NCBI GenBank assembly: GCA_044225365.1
Contig: JBGAIQ010000002.1
Location: 116,451 to 180,450, forward strand
From: Planctomycetota bacterium
GTDB lineage: Bacteria; Planctomycetota; B15-G4; JADJEK01
DNA: 64,000 nucleotides
Direction: 5' to 3'
The notes beneath the pieces are model-generated. The model was not told the DNA's origin, made no database searches, and worked only from the letters and a program-made list of their open reading frames with translations. The position numbers and the translations under genes were made by a program. Positions 29,808 through 39,400 of this stretch are shown here, piece after piece; position 1 is the first letter of the stretch, and each line of letters starts with the position of its first letter.

Positions 29808-30790
29808 CCTCTTCGAGCTACTTCGTCTCCGTCGTGGTCCCTTTGCAGGACGATGCGGATCTGCTCGCGAAGTTCGTCGACGATCTGTCGCGTGTGCTCC
29901 GCGAGCACTGGGTCAACTACGAAGTCGTGCTGGTCGACGACGGGTCGCGCGATTCCACGCGCGAGGTCGTCACGACGTTGCTCTCGCGCCACGAGTGCCT
30001 GCGGTACCTGCGGCTCTCGCGTCGATTCGGCCCCGAGCTCGCGATCCTCGCGGGAACCGATGGAGTGATCGGAGACGTCGTCGTCGTGCTCGAGCCCGAG
30101 AGCGATCCGCCCGAGCTCCTGCCGCGGTTCGTCGAGGCCGCGCGCTCCACGGGCGGCATCGTCTTCGGTGTGCGCAAGAAGCGACTCGAGCAGGGCGCTC
30201 TGTATCGCATGTGCCGATTGTTCTTCGTGAGGATCGTCGCGCGGATGTTCGACTTCGATCTGCCGGACGAGGCGTCGCTCTACATGGCGTTCACGCGGCA
30301 GGCGCTCAACGCGATCATGCAGATCAAGGACAAGGCGCGCGCGCTGCGGATCTTCAGCGTCGTCGTCGGCTTCCCCCGGCAGCGCATCGAATACGATCCC
30401 TTGCCGCGGAGAACTCCGCTCCGGCGGAAATCGGTCGCCGAGGGTGTCGATCGCGGCGTGTCGCTCATCGTCACGAACTCGACGCGACCTTTGCGCTACG
30501 TCGCGGTGCTCGGTCTGTTCGCGAGCTTCTTGAACCTGCTGTACCTCGTCTACGTGTTCCTCGTCTTCCTGTTCAAGGAGCATCGCGCGGAGGGGTGGGT
30601 GACCACCTCGGTCGCGATCTCCGGGATGTTCTTCGTCGTGTTCCTGATCCTCACGGTGTTCGCGGAGTACTTCGGCCGATTGCTCGAGGAGACGCGCGAT
30701 CGGCCGCTCTACTTCGTGGCCGAGGAGAGGAGCAGTTCGGTCGTGATCGCGGATGCGACGCGCCGCAACGTGGTGAGTGAGTCGACGTGA
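29804..30790 (+). CDS. GT2 glycosyltransferase of the polyprenyl-phosphate sugar synthase type (GtrB/ArnC/DPM-like)
   Basis: The GTG start overlaps the previous stop (GTGA). There is a VVPLQDDADLL...VVLVDDGSRDST GT-A fold with a DxD-type block, and two C-terminal TM helices. Confidence 0.7.
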   Translation: MTSSSYFVSVVVPLQDDADLLAKFVDDLSRVLREHWVNYEVVLVDDGSRDSTREVVTTLLSRHECLRYLRLSRRFGPELAILAGTDGVIGDVVVVLEPESDPPELLPRFVEAARSTGGIVFGVRKKRLEQGALYRMCRLFFVRIVARMFDFDLPDEASLYMAFTRQALNAIMQIKDKARALRIFSVVVGFPRQRIEYDPLPRRTPLRRKSVAEGVDRGVSLIVTNSTRPLRYVAVLGLFASFLNLLYLVYVFLVFLFKEHRAEGWVTTSVAISGMFFVVFLILTVFAEYFGRLLEETRDRPLYFVAEERSSSVVIADATRRNVVSEST

Positions 30791-31614
30791 GCGCGCCAGG
30801 AACTCCGTATCGCGTCGCGAATCCGCAATGGCAGGTTCCCGCGTTCTCCGCGCTCGAACTGCGTGAGAAGCGTGCGCGCTACTGCGTCTGCATCCCGGTG
30901 ATCAACGAGGGCGAGCGCATCCATGCACAGCTCCTACGCATGAAGCCGTACGTCGAGGGGCTCGACGTCCTGATCGCCGACGGCGGCAGCTCGGACGGAT
31001 CGCTCGACGAGACCTACCTGCGATCGACGATCGTGAGGACCCTGCTCACGAAGACCGGCCCGGGCAAGCTGTCGGCACAGATGCGGATGGCAATCGCCTA
31101 CGGACTGGAGCAGGGCTACGAGGGCCTGATCTTCGTCGACGGCAACAACAAGGACGATCCGGCGGCGCTCCCGAGCTTCGCGAAGCTGCTCGACGAGGGG
31201 ATGGACCACATCCAGGGCTCGCGCTACGTCCCGGGCGGCAAGGCGATCAACACTCCGCCGAGTCGTCACTACGGCGTCAAACTGCTTCACTCGCCGCTCA
31301 TCTCGCTCGCGTCGGGCTTCCACTACACCGACACGACGAACGGCTTTCGCGGCTACAGCCGGCGGTTCCTGCTCGATCCACGAGTCCAGCCCCTTCGCGA
31401 CTGCTTCGTCGCCTACGAACTCCATTACTACCTGGCGATTCGCGCGGCGCGCCTGCGCTTCAAGGTGTGCGAGACGCCGGTGACTCGCGAGTACCCGCCG
31501 CGTGGGCCGCAGAGCCAGGTTCCGACGAAGATCAGTCCGATCCGCGGCAATCTGCGCGTGCTGCGCACGCTGTTCCACGCGGCTTTCGTCGGCTTCGACC
31601 CAAAGGACGGATGA
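30787..31614 (+). CDS. GT2-family glycosyltransferase (soluble)
   Basis: The GTG start overlaps the previous stop. GT-A fold blocks include CVCIPVINEGERI, ADGGSSDGS and FVDGNNKDDP. Confidence 0.65.
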   Translation: MSAPGTPYRVANPQWQVPAFSALELREKRARYCVCIPVINEGERIHAQLLRMKPYVEGLDVLIADGGSSDGSLDETYLRSTIVRTLLTKTGPGKLSAQMRMAIAYGLEQGYEGLIFVDGNNKDDPAALPSFAKLLDEGMDHIQGSRYVPGGKAINTPPSRHYGVKLLHSPLISLASGFHYTDTTNGFRGYSRRFLLDPRVQPLRDCFVAYELHYYLAIRAARLRFKVCETPVTREYPPRGPQSQVPTKISPIRGNLRVLRTLFHAAFVGFDPKDG

Positions 31615-32387
31615 TGCGACGGGCATTGATCGGACACACTGGTTTCGTCGGCGGCAACCTGAAGGCCCAGGGCGAGTACACGGACTTCTACAACTCGAAG
31701 AACATCGGCGAGATCGCGGGTCAGAGCTTCGATCTCGTCGTGAGTGCGGGCGCACCCGCCGCGAAGTGGATCGCGAACAAGGAGCCGGAGGCCGACCGCA
31801 AGAGCATCGCGATGCTCACGAACGCGCTCGCAACGGTGCGCGCCAAGCGTTTCGTGCTCATCTCCACGATCGACGTCTATCCGCGACCGATCGAAGTGGA
31901 CGAGGACACGAAGCTCTCGCGCGAGACCGGACAGCCCTACGGCAAGCACCGACTCGAGCTCGAGGACTTCGTGCGCTCGCGCTTTCCGAACGCGCTCATC
32001 ATCCGCCTCCCCGGCCTGTTCGGCCCAGGTCTCAAGAAGAACGCGATCTACGACTTCCTGCACGACAATCGCCTCGACCTCATCCATCAGGACGGCGTCT
32101 TCCAGTTCTACGACCTCACGCGGATCGGCGCCGATGTCGAGCGCTGTCTCCACGCGGGCGTCGAGCTCGTCAACTTCGCGACGGAGCCGGTCGCGGTGCG
32201 CGACGTCGCGCGCGTCGCATTCGGTCGCACCTTCGAGAATCAGTTGCCGCCGCCCGCGCCGCGCTACGACTACTGGACCCTTCACGCGAAGCTGTGGAAT
32301 CGATCCGGGCACTATCTCGCCTCGCGCGACGAAGTGCTCGCGGCGATCGAGAAGTTCGTGGCGAACGAGAAGAAGGGCGCGCAATGA
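31611..32387 (+). CDS. NAD-dependent epimerase/dehydratase-family protein (atypical SDR)
   Basis: There is an ATGA overlap with the previous gene. The N-terminus is ALIGHTGFVGGNL, a Rossmann GxxGxxG-like motif. At about 258 aa the length is typical. Confidence 0.65.
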   Translation: MMRRALIGHTGFVGGNLKAQGEYTDFYNSKNIGEIAGQSFDLVVSAGAPAAKWIANKEPEADRKSIAMLTNALATVRAKRFVLISTIDVYPRPIEVDEDTKLSRETGQPYGKHRLELEDFVRSRFPNALIIRLPGLFGPGLKKNAIYDFLHDNRLDLIHQDGVFQFYDLTRIGADVERCLHAGVELVNFATEPVAVRDVARVAFGRTFENQLPPPAPRYDYWTLHAKLWNRSGHYLASRDEVLAAIEKFVANEKKGAQ

Positions 32388-33211
32388 GGATCGCGATCTC
32401 CGCGATCGCGTGGCGTCCGGACGAAGACGTCGCGGTCCGCGATCTGCTCGTCTCGAAGGGCGTCGATGCGATCGAGGCCGCCCCCTCGAAGATCGGTGTG
32501 AAACCGACCGAACTCACGACGGAGCAACTGCACCGCTACCGAGACTTCTGGCTGGAGAAGGGCGTCGAGATCGTTGCGATGCAGGCCCTCCTGTTCGGTC
32601 GCGGCGAACTCCTGTTGTTCGGTGACGACGCGCCGCGCGAAGAACTCTTCACCTACCTCTCCAAGATCGTGCGGCTCGGCGGAACCCTCGGCGCGAAGGC
32701 GCTCGTGTTCGGGTCGCCCGGCAATCGCAAGCGCGGCGCGGTCTCCGACGAACGCGCCCTCGAGATCGCGATTCCGTTCTTTCGCCGCGTGGGCGACGTC
32801 GCCGTTGCCACGAACACCTGCCTCTGCATCGAGCCGAATCCGCCCGAGTACGGATGCGACTGGATCACGAGCGTCGCGCAGGCGCGCGAGCTCGTCGATC
32901 GCGTCGGGCATGCGGGATTCGGGCTGCACCTCGACGCCGCCGCGATCGAGATGGCACACGAGGACGAATCCGCGATCCTCGGCAATCGCGGTAGGATCCG
33001 CCATTTCCACGCCAGTGAACCGCAGCTCGCGCCGGTGCGCGCGGGAACCGCGATTCCGCACGCCCGCTACGCCGCGGCATTGAGAAGCGTGGGGGACGTC
33101 CGGGTCGTATCGATCGAGATGCGTCAGGTCGAGGCGACGGGGAGCAATCTCGCATCCCTCGCGACGGCGATCGATTTCGTCAAGGCGACCTACGGCGGCG
33201 TTCGGGACTGA
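32384..33211 (+). CDS. Sugar-phosphate isomerase/epimerase (xylose-isomerase-like TIM barrel)
   Basis: There is an ATGA overlap with the previous gene. The composition and motifs (CIEPNP, HLD, IEM) are typical of the AP endonuclease 2 / xylose isomerase-like family. Confidence 0.6.
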   Translation: MRIAISAIAWRPDEDVAVRDLLVSKGVDAIEAAPSKIGVKPTELTTEQLHRYRDFWLEKGVEIVAMQALLFGRGELLLFGDDAPREELFTYLSKIVRLGGTLGAKALVFGSPGNRKRGAVSDERALEIAIPFFRRVGDVAVATNTCLCIEPNPPEYGCDWITSVAQARELVDRVGHAGFGLHLDAAAIEMAHEDESAILGNRGRIRHFHASEPQLAPVRAGTAIPHARYAAALRSVGDVRVVSIEMRQVEATGSNLASLATAIDFVKATYGGVRD

Positions 33212-33272
33212 ACCTGTCCGATTGCCGTCGCAACGATTTTCGGGCACACTCGATCGTCGATCGGAGTCCCGC

Positions 33273-35207
33273 ATGCTCTGGCACACGCAAAGGCGCGTGG
33301 GCTTTCTCGCGCTCCTCTGCGCGATGCCCCTTGGCCCTCTTCTCGCTCAGGTTTCCGAACCGCATCCGGTGCGGGCGCCGTTCGTCCTCGAAACGACGTC
33401 GATCGCCGACGAGCAATACGTCGTCGCGAGTGCGTCGGAGACGTCGATCGTCGCCTACCGCGAGGCATTCCTCTCGAGCCGCATCCTCGCGAAGCGCTCC
33501 GACGGGCGAGGCCTGCCCACGACGTGGATCGGCGCGGAGGTCGTGAGCAGCAATGACACGACGCCGCGCGAACTGCATCGGGACTCGCTGCATGTCGTCG
33601 GTGATCTCGGCTTCTGCGTGTGGCTCGAGGACGAAGGCTCGGACGATCACACGCGCCTGCATTCCAACCGACTCATCGCGTCGTCGTGGCAGACGCCGAC
33701 GCGGGTCAACGATTCGCTCGTACCGCAGAACCACGACATCGTCGATTTCGCTTGCGCCGCGCGCACCGGGCCGAACGGCAAGGTCTACGTCGCGATCGTC
33801 TTCACCACGGCCGACATCGTGACGGGCGCGGAGGCGATGTTCGGAGTGATCTCGGCGGACAACGGGCAGACCTTCAATGCGCCGTTCCCGCTCGCCAGCG
33901 CGGGCGCGATACCGGGAGGCAACGCCAAGCGCGTCGGCGGCCTCGCGGTCGATCTGAAGGGTGGCGAACTACACGTGGCGTGGACCGACGATCGCAACGA
34001 CGTGGGACATCGCGTCGAGGTCTTCTATCGCCGCGCGCTGCTCGACTACTTCGGCAATCCGATCTTCCTCGCGCCGCTCGGCACCGGATTCACCGACGTG
34101 AAGATCAGCGCGGTCGACGACGTCGTCGGGGATCCGATCCTCGCCGTCGACGACGATCCCTATTCGCTCGATGGATTCGGCAAGCACGTGGGAATCGCGT
34201 GGCGCGAACTCGACAAGGGCGTGGGCCTTCCGACGCTGAGGTTGCGCGCATCGCACGATTCGGGAACGAACTTCCTCCCCGAGCACGTCGTCGCGCACAC
34301 TTCGACGGCGGGCGACGCGGTGGCCGACTTCGACTTCGAGATCCTCGGCGGCCGCTACGTCGTCACGTTCGAGGACAATGCGGTCGACGTCGGTGGATTC
34401 AACGTCTTCGTGTTTCCCGTCGGCGTCGAGCAGGTCTGGCGCGCGATCTCGGAGGACGGCACCGATTTCTCGAGCGCGGGAGAGGGGATCGTGACGATGG
34501 TCTCCGCGTTCAGCGAGCCGACGGCCCACGGCAAGAGCCCGTCGCTCGCGCGCGCGGCCGGCGTCGTCGATGCGGGGATCCTCGCGTTCCTCGAGGAGGG
34601 CTCACAAGGAGCCGAGGTTCGCACCGCGTTCAGCGATCAACTGGACGGCGGCGCGTTCCACATCGACGACGAGCCCGTGGTCTCGAAGGCTCAGAGCGGC
34701 GCGATCCCGCGCGAACTGAAGCGCCCGCGCGTGGCGTACAACCCGCGTTACTCGAACTACCTGGTCGCGTGGCAGCAGGAGGTCACTCCCGACAGCGGGA
34801 TCTTCCAGTTGATGCTCGGCGGCTACCGGCCACAGACGGCGCTCGCGGTGGGTTGGAACGTCGGCTCCACGGAACTGCATTTCGAGCTGCACCACGTGCC
34901 GTTCAACGACTCGTTCGCCTTCGTGTTGATCTCGGGGGCGACGACCGAGAATCCCGCGCTCGGCTTCTTCCTGCCCGACGGCCGCCGTACGGGCTTGATG
35001 CAGGACATCTTTCAGCAGGTCGGCCTCTCGAACTTCGTGTTGTTCCTGGCGCGGAACGATCCGGTGATCGAGGGCGCAGCGACGTTGTCGATTCCCTTGC
35101 CTCCAGGCTTCGTAACGCCCGGGATTCCATTATCCTATTGTGGAGTCACCTGGGGGATCGGCGGTGCTCTGCACGTGGTGACCGATTTCGTGAAGGCACA
35201 GTCCTAG
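33273..35207 (+). CDS. Secreted BNR/Asp-box repeat protein (sialidase-like beta-propeller, hypothetical)
   Basis: The ATG at 33273 begins MLWHTQRRVGFLALLCAMPLGPLLAQV, a signal peptide. Asp-box-like motifs SADNGQTF and SHDSGTNF are present. Confidence 0.55.
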   Translation: MLWHTQRRVGFLALLCAMPLGPLLAQVSEPHPVRAPFVLETTSIADEQYVVASASETSIVAYREAFLSSRILAKRSDGRGLPTTWIGAEVVSSNDTTPRELHRDSLHVVGDLGFCVWLEDEGSDDHTRLHSNRLIASSWQTPTRVNDSLVPQNHDIVDFACAARTGPNGKVYVAIVFTTADIVTGAEAMFGVISADNGQTFNAPFPLASAGAIPGGNAKRVGGLAVDLKGGELHVAWTDDRNDVGHRVEVFYRRALLDYFGNPIFLAPLGTGFTDVKISAVDDVVGDPILAVDDDPYSLDGFGKHVGIAWRELDKGVGLPTLRLRASHDSGTNFLPEHVVAHTSTAGDAVADFDFEILGGRYVVTFEDNAVDVGGFNVFVFPVGVEQVWRAISEDGTDFSSAGEGIVTMVSAFSEPTAHGKSPSLARAAGVVDAGILAFLEEGSQGAEVRTAFSDQLDGGAFHIDDEPVVSKAQSGAIPRELKRPRVAYNPRYSNYLVAWQQEVTPDSGIFQLMLGGYRPQTALAVGWNVGSTELHFELHHVPFNDSFAFVLISGATTENPALGFFLPDGRRTGLMQDIFQQVGLSNFVLFLARNDPVIEGAATLSIPLPPGFVTPGIPLSYCGVTWGIGGALHVVTDFVKAQS

Positions 35208-35274
35208 CGGGCTGCGCCAAGTCCGATCGAGGATCCGTTCCACGACCTGCCGGTGGTGGAACGAGAGGAGATGA

Positions 35275-37929
35275 ATGGTGTTGACGCCGAATCGAACGAG
35301 TCGCGAACTCCGTTCTCCGCGCATCGTCGTCGCAATGGTCGCGATGACGATGGCCATGAGCGCTACGGCCTTCGCGCAGTCGACGCAATATCCCACATGG
35401 CGAATCGCGGGCATTGTGCCCGGCGGGCGCTTCGGCTACGCGGTCGCGAACGTCGGGGATCTCGACGGCGACCTCGTCGACGACCTGCTCGTGGGTGCGC
35501 CGACGGGCGCGACCGAGAGTCCGGACTCTCCGCCCGCGCCGATCGCGCCCGGCAATGCCGTCGTCCTCTCCGGCAAGACGGGCGCGACGATCTTCACCTT
35601 GCAGGGCGCGGGCGTCGGGGGGGATCTGTTCGGCTACGCGGTCGCCAATCTCGGCGATACGAATCTCGATGGCGTGAACGACTTCGGAGTCGGCGCGGCC
35701 CGCCAGAGTTCACAGTTCAATCCGGCGGCCGGCAGCCTCAGCGTCTACTCGGGTGCGACCGGGGCGCTGCGCTACCGCATCTTCGGCGATGGACCGAACG
35801 ACTACTTCGGCACCGCGGTCGCAGGACTCGGCGACATCAATCTCGACGGGATCGTCGACTTCGTCGTAGGCGCTCCGTTCGCCGATCCGAATCAGAAGGT
35901 GAACAGCGGCCGGATCAAGGTCTGTGTCGGTTCGACGGGCGGCACGTTGAAGACCGTGAATGGCCAATTCGCGGGCGACCTGTTCGGCACCGCGATCGCG
36001 GCAACCTCGGACTTCACGAACGATTTGAACGACGACTTCGTGGTGGGTGCGCCACTCGCGATGGATCTCGCCTCGAGTCAGCGGCTCGGTCGCGTCTCGT
36101 TCTATGAGGGTGGTGGCACGTTCTTCGCCAAGGTGAACGGGCTGTCCCAGGGCGATCGCTTCGGCCGCTCGGTGAGTTCGATCCCGGACTTCGATGGCGA
36201 CGGCAAGAACGACGTCGTGGTCGGCGCGATCGGCGCCGATGGCGCGGTCGTCGATACTGGAGCGGTGACGATCGTCTCGACGAAGCAGCTCACGCCGGTG
36301 CTCTTCACGAAGTTCGGTGCGCAGTCGAACGCGTCGTACGGCATCGCCCAGCGCGGCGTCGCGGATCTCAATCAGGACAACGTGCCCGACCTCCTCGTCA
36401 CGGACGTCACGGGTCGCCTGCAGATCGTCTCGGGTACCGGCACGCAACTCGGCGTTCTCACCGGGCCGGGCGGATTCGGGCGGTCGATCACGATCGGCGG
36501 CGATGCGAGCGGAGACGGCGTGGCGGATCTCGTCCTCGGCTCGCCGACGGCGAGCAGCGGCGGAATCGACCAGGCGGGCACGCTCGAGTCGATTCCGGGT
36601 CCGACGTTGATCGGTTCCGCCGCGATCGACGACGCGTCCCCGCTGAACTTCTCGATCGCGCTCGGGACGTCGGTTGCTCCCGTGGTGCGCAAGCTGATCG
36701 ACACGGGTTTCTCCGCAGTCGACTTCGATGTCGTCGTTCCGCAGAACGCGCCCTGGCTCGTCGTGAATCCCAAGAGCGGTGCGCTGTCGGGATTCGCTGA
36801 TACGGCGAATCTGACCTTCGCGCTCGACCTCGGCAAACTCCCGTACGCGACGACGAACACGACGGTGAACATCGTCAATCACGTCTCGGGCAAGACGATG
36901 GTCAGCCTGCTCGTGAACGTCGCGCCCACCTCGGCCGGCGCGAACTCGAAGGTGGACGCATCGCCCGCGAGCCTCTATGCGGTGGCTCCGTTCTCCGCAG
37001 CACCACCCGCGCCCGCGGTGATCGAGGTGTCGAATGCCGGCAATCCCGCATTGCTCCTCGCGGGGACGGTCCACATCGAACCGCCGAGCGCCACGTGGCT
37101 CGTTCCACAGACGACGGCGTTCGAGATCGCCGCGAACGAGGATTCCGAATTCATCGAGGTCGACTACGCCACGTCGGGCCTCGCGCCGGGCACGTATCAG
37201 GCGAGCGTCGTCGTCGCGAATGCGTTCGACTCCAACGATGCGGTGTCGATCCCCGTGACGGTGGTGGTGGGGGCGTCTCTCTTCGTGCCGGGCGATCGCC
37301 TGAAGGGCACGCTCGCCGACGCATCGGATCGCGATGAAGCGGTCTTCCTCGGCTTTGCGGGTCTCGCCGTCGAGTTCATCGGCGGACCGAAGAACTCGGG
37401 TGCAGCACCGCATCTCTCGCTCATCGATCCCGATGGACTCACGGTCGATGCCTGGTCGCCCGCGAATTCGAAGGCGAAGAAGGGCTTCCTGCTCGCGAAG
37501 TCGGGCCCATTCACGCTTCGCGTCGAATCGGAGAATGGGAGCGTCGGCGCCTTCGACATCAAGACCAAGCGCGACGGATTGCCGGCGAGCGCGAAGAGCT
37601 TCAAGAAGACGGTGACGGTCGATTCGTCGCAGCCACTCGATCTTCCGCTCGCCGCGCTTCCGAACTGTGAACTGACCGCGAAGATCACGTCGACGACGCT
37701 GCCGATCGGGCAACTCGCGTTCGCGTTGAAGGCGCCGAGCGGGGCATCGTTCGACGTCACGCAATACGACGCGCTCGGAACCAAGTCGTATTCGCTCGTG
37801 AAAGTGCCCCTAGCTGTCGCGGGAACCTGGCACGTCGTCGTGAACGGCCTGGCCCCTGGGGCCAAGCTGAAGCTCGACTTCGGTCTGAAACAGCCGAAGG
37901 TCGGGAAATCGACGCTCACCATCGACTGA
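35275..37929 (+). CDS. Secreted FG-GAP repeat protein (integrin-alpha-type beta-propeller)
   Basis: There is an SD-like GAGAGGAG before the ATG at 35275 and a signal peptide. FGYAVANxGDLDGDxxDDxxVGAP and related FG-GAP units are repeated at least 5 times. Confidence 0.75.
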   Translation: MVLTPNRTSRELRSPRIVVAMVAMTMAMSATAFAQSTQYPTWRIAGIVPGGRFGYAVANVGDLDGDLVDDLLVGAPTGATESPDSPPAPIAPGNAVVLSGKTGATIFTLQGAGVGGDLFGYAVANLGDTNLDGVNDFGVGAARQSSQFNPAAGSLSVYSGATGALRYRIFGDGPNDYFGTAVAGLGDINLDGIVDFVVGAPFADPNQKVNSGRIKVCVGSTGGTLKTVNGQFAGDLFGTAIAATSDFTNDLNDDFVVGAPLAMDLASSQRLGRVSFYEGGGTFFAKVNGLSQGDRFGRSVSSIPDFDGDGKNDVVVGAIGADGAVVDTGAVTIVSTKQLTPVLFTKFGAQSNASYGIAQRGVADLNQDNVPDLLVTDVTGRLQIVSGTGTQLGVLTGPGGFGRSITIGGDASGDGVADLVLGSPTASSGGIDQAGTLESIPGPTLIGSAAIDDASPLNFSIALGTSVAPVVRKLIDTGFSAVDFDVVVPQNAPWLVVNPKSGALSGFADTANLTFALDLGKLPYATTNTTVNIVNHVSGKTMVSLLVNVAPTSAGANSKVDASPASLYAVAPFSAAPPAPAVIEVSNAGNPALLLAGTVHIEPPSATWLVPQTTAFEIAANEDSEFIEVDYATSGLAPGTYQASVVVANAFDSNDAVSIPVTVVVGASLFVPGDRLKGTLADASDRDEAVFLGFAGLAVEFIGGPKNSGAAPHLSLIDPDGLTVDAWSPANSKAKKGFLLAKSGPFTLRVESENGSVGAFDIKTKRDGLPASAKSFKKTVTVDSSQPLDLPLAALPNCELTAKITSTTLPIGQLAFALKAPSGASFDVTQYDALGTKSYSLVKVPLAVAGTWHVVVNGLAPGAKLKLDFGLKQPKVGKSTLTID

Positions 37930-38101
37930 TCGTTCGGACGCCGCGCGAAACGAAATCCCGGCGTTGGCGGATACAACGTTCGTCATCGCCGCTAAGGTGA
38001 AGCAACGCCCCGTCCCGACCTGCGCGGGCGCGTCCTCTCCCCGCCGCATCGACGCATGCGCCCTCACGCATCGTCGGGGCGCACAGTCCATCGCCGCCGC
38101 C

Positions 38102-39340
38102 ATGATCCTGCAGCTCCTGAAGCCGCTTTTCGGACTCTTCGTTGCCGCGACGCCGAGCCTTGCGCCGAATCATCTGCTCGTGACTTCGTTCACGAGCGGA
38201 AGCCTGCTCGACATCGCTCCCGGAAACACCATCTCCGGTTCGTTCGATCTCGCCGCGCTCGGAATCGCGCCGATGGGCGTCGCTGTCGGCCCGAACGGCA
38301 AGGTCTACGTCTCGGACAACAACGGCAATCGCGTGGTCGTACTCGACGCGAGCGGCGCGATCGTCTCCGAGATCGGCGCCGGCTCGGGTCTCGTCACTCC
38401 CCGCGGTCTCGCGTTCGGACCCGATGGCGAGTTGTACGTCAGCACTGCCGCGGGGATCCCGCTCTACGTGTTCAACGCGGCGGGCGAGAAGGTCGCGGAG
38501 TACGGGAAGTCCGAAGGCGTGCTGCGAGCCGAGGGACTCGAGGTGGGCATCGATGGCCACATCTTCGTCGCGTCGCAGCGCGATGACGACATCTACGAGT
38601 TCGACAGTTCGGGAGTGCTCGTTCGTCAGATCGGCAAGGACGCGGGCCTCGACGATCCGATCGGGATCGCCTTTGGCCGCGACGGGCTGATGTACGTGGC
38701 GTCCGAGAATCACAACGAGATCGTGGTGTTCGGACCGAGCGGCGATGTGGTGGGGAGCTTCGGTAAGGCCGAAGGAGTGGAGATGCCGATCGGACTCACG
38801 ATCGGCCCCGACAATCGCGTGTACGTCGCGTGTTTCGACCAGAATCTGGTTCACGTCTTCGACGTGAACGGCGCGGTCGCGACGAGTCACACGACGATCG
38901 TGGTTCCCGGCAATCCGGCGTTCCTCGCATTCGTACCGTTCCGACTTCCCATCGAGCTCGACGGCGATCTCGCGTTCACGGGAGCGTTCGAGAAGCACCA
39001 CATCGAAACGGCGACGCTCGTCTACTCGCCGGGCGTCGGCCCGGCTTCGATCGTATTGAAGGACGTCGATACCTCGACGGATCTCGCCACCACGTTCAGC
39101 GCGATTCAGCTCGTCTTCCACGGTCAGCACGCGTCGGTCGATGCGACGACGACGAAGCGTCTCTTCATGGGCACGCAGATTCCTCGCCTCGCGATGAATC
39201 GGGGCGCGGCCTCGCTCTCCCTGCGCGTGACGACGCAGCAAGGGGACTTCGGTTTCCCGACCGTGAAGAAGGTCGAAGGCACGCTCGAGCGCGCGCGCGC
39301 CGGGACGATCTTCCGGGGCGATATCCGGCTCAAGGGATGA
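38102..39340 (+). CDS. NHL-repeat beta-propeller protein (secreted)
   Basis: The ATG at 38102 begins MILQLLKPLFGLFVAATPSLA. NHL-like units are repeated: GVAVGPNGKVYVSDNNGNRVVVLD, PRGLAFGPDGELYVS, PIGIAFGRDGLMYVA and PIGLTIGPDNRVYVA. Confidence 0.7.
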   Translation: MILQLLKPLFGLFVAATPSLAPNHLLVTSFTSGSLLDIAPGNTISGSFDLAALGIAPMGVAVGPNGKVYVSDNNGNRVVVLDASGAIVSEIGAGSGLVTPRGLAFGPDGELYVSTAAGIPLYVFNAAGEKVAEYGKSEGVLRAEGLEVGIDGHIFVASQRDDDIYEFDSSGVLVRQIGKDAGLDDPIGIAFGRDGLMYVASENHNEIVVFGPSGDVVGSFGKAEGVEMPIGLTIGPDNRVYVACFDQNLVHVFDVNGAVATSHTTIVVPGNPAFLAFVPFRLPIELDGDLAFTGAFEKHHIETATLVYSPGVGPASIVLKDVDTSTDLATTFSAIQLVFHGQHASVDATTTKRLFMGTQIPRLAMNRGAASLSLRVTTQQGDFGFPTVKKVEGTLERARAGTIFRGDIRLKG

Positions 39341-39400
39341 GCGCCGTTTCGGCGTCCCGCGATATCGAAGCCGCGGGCGCCTTGCTACGCTGTCCCGCCG

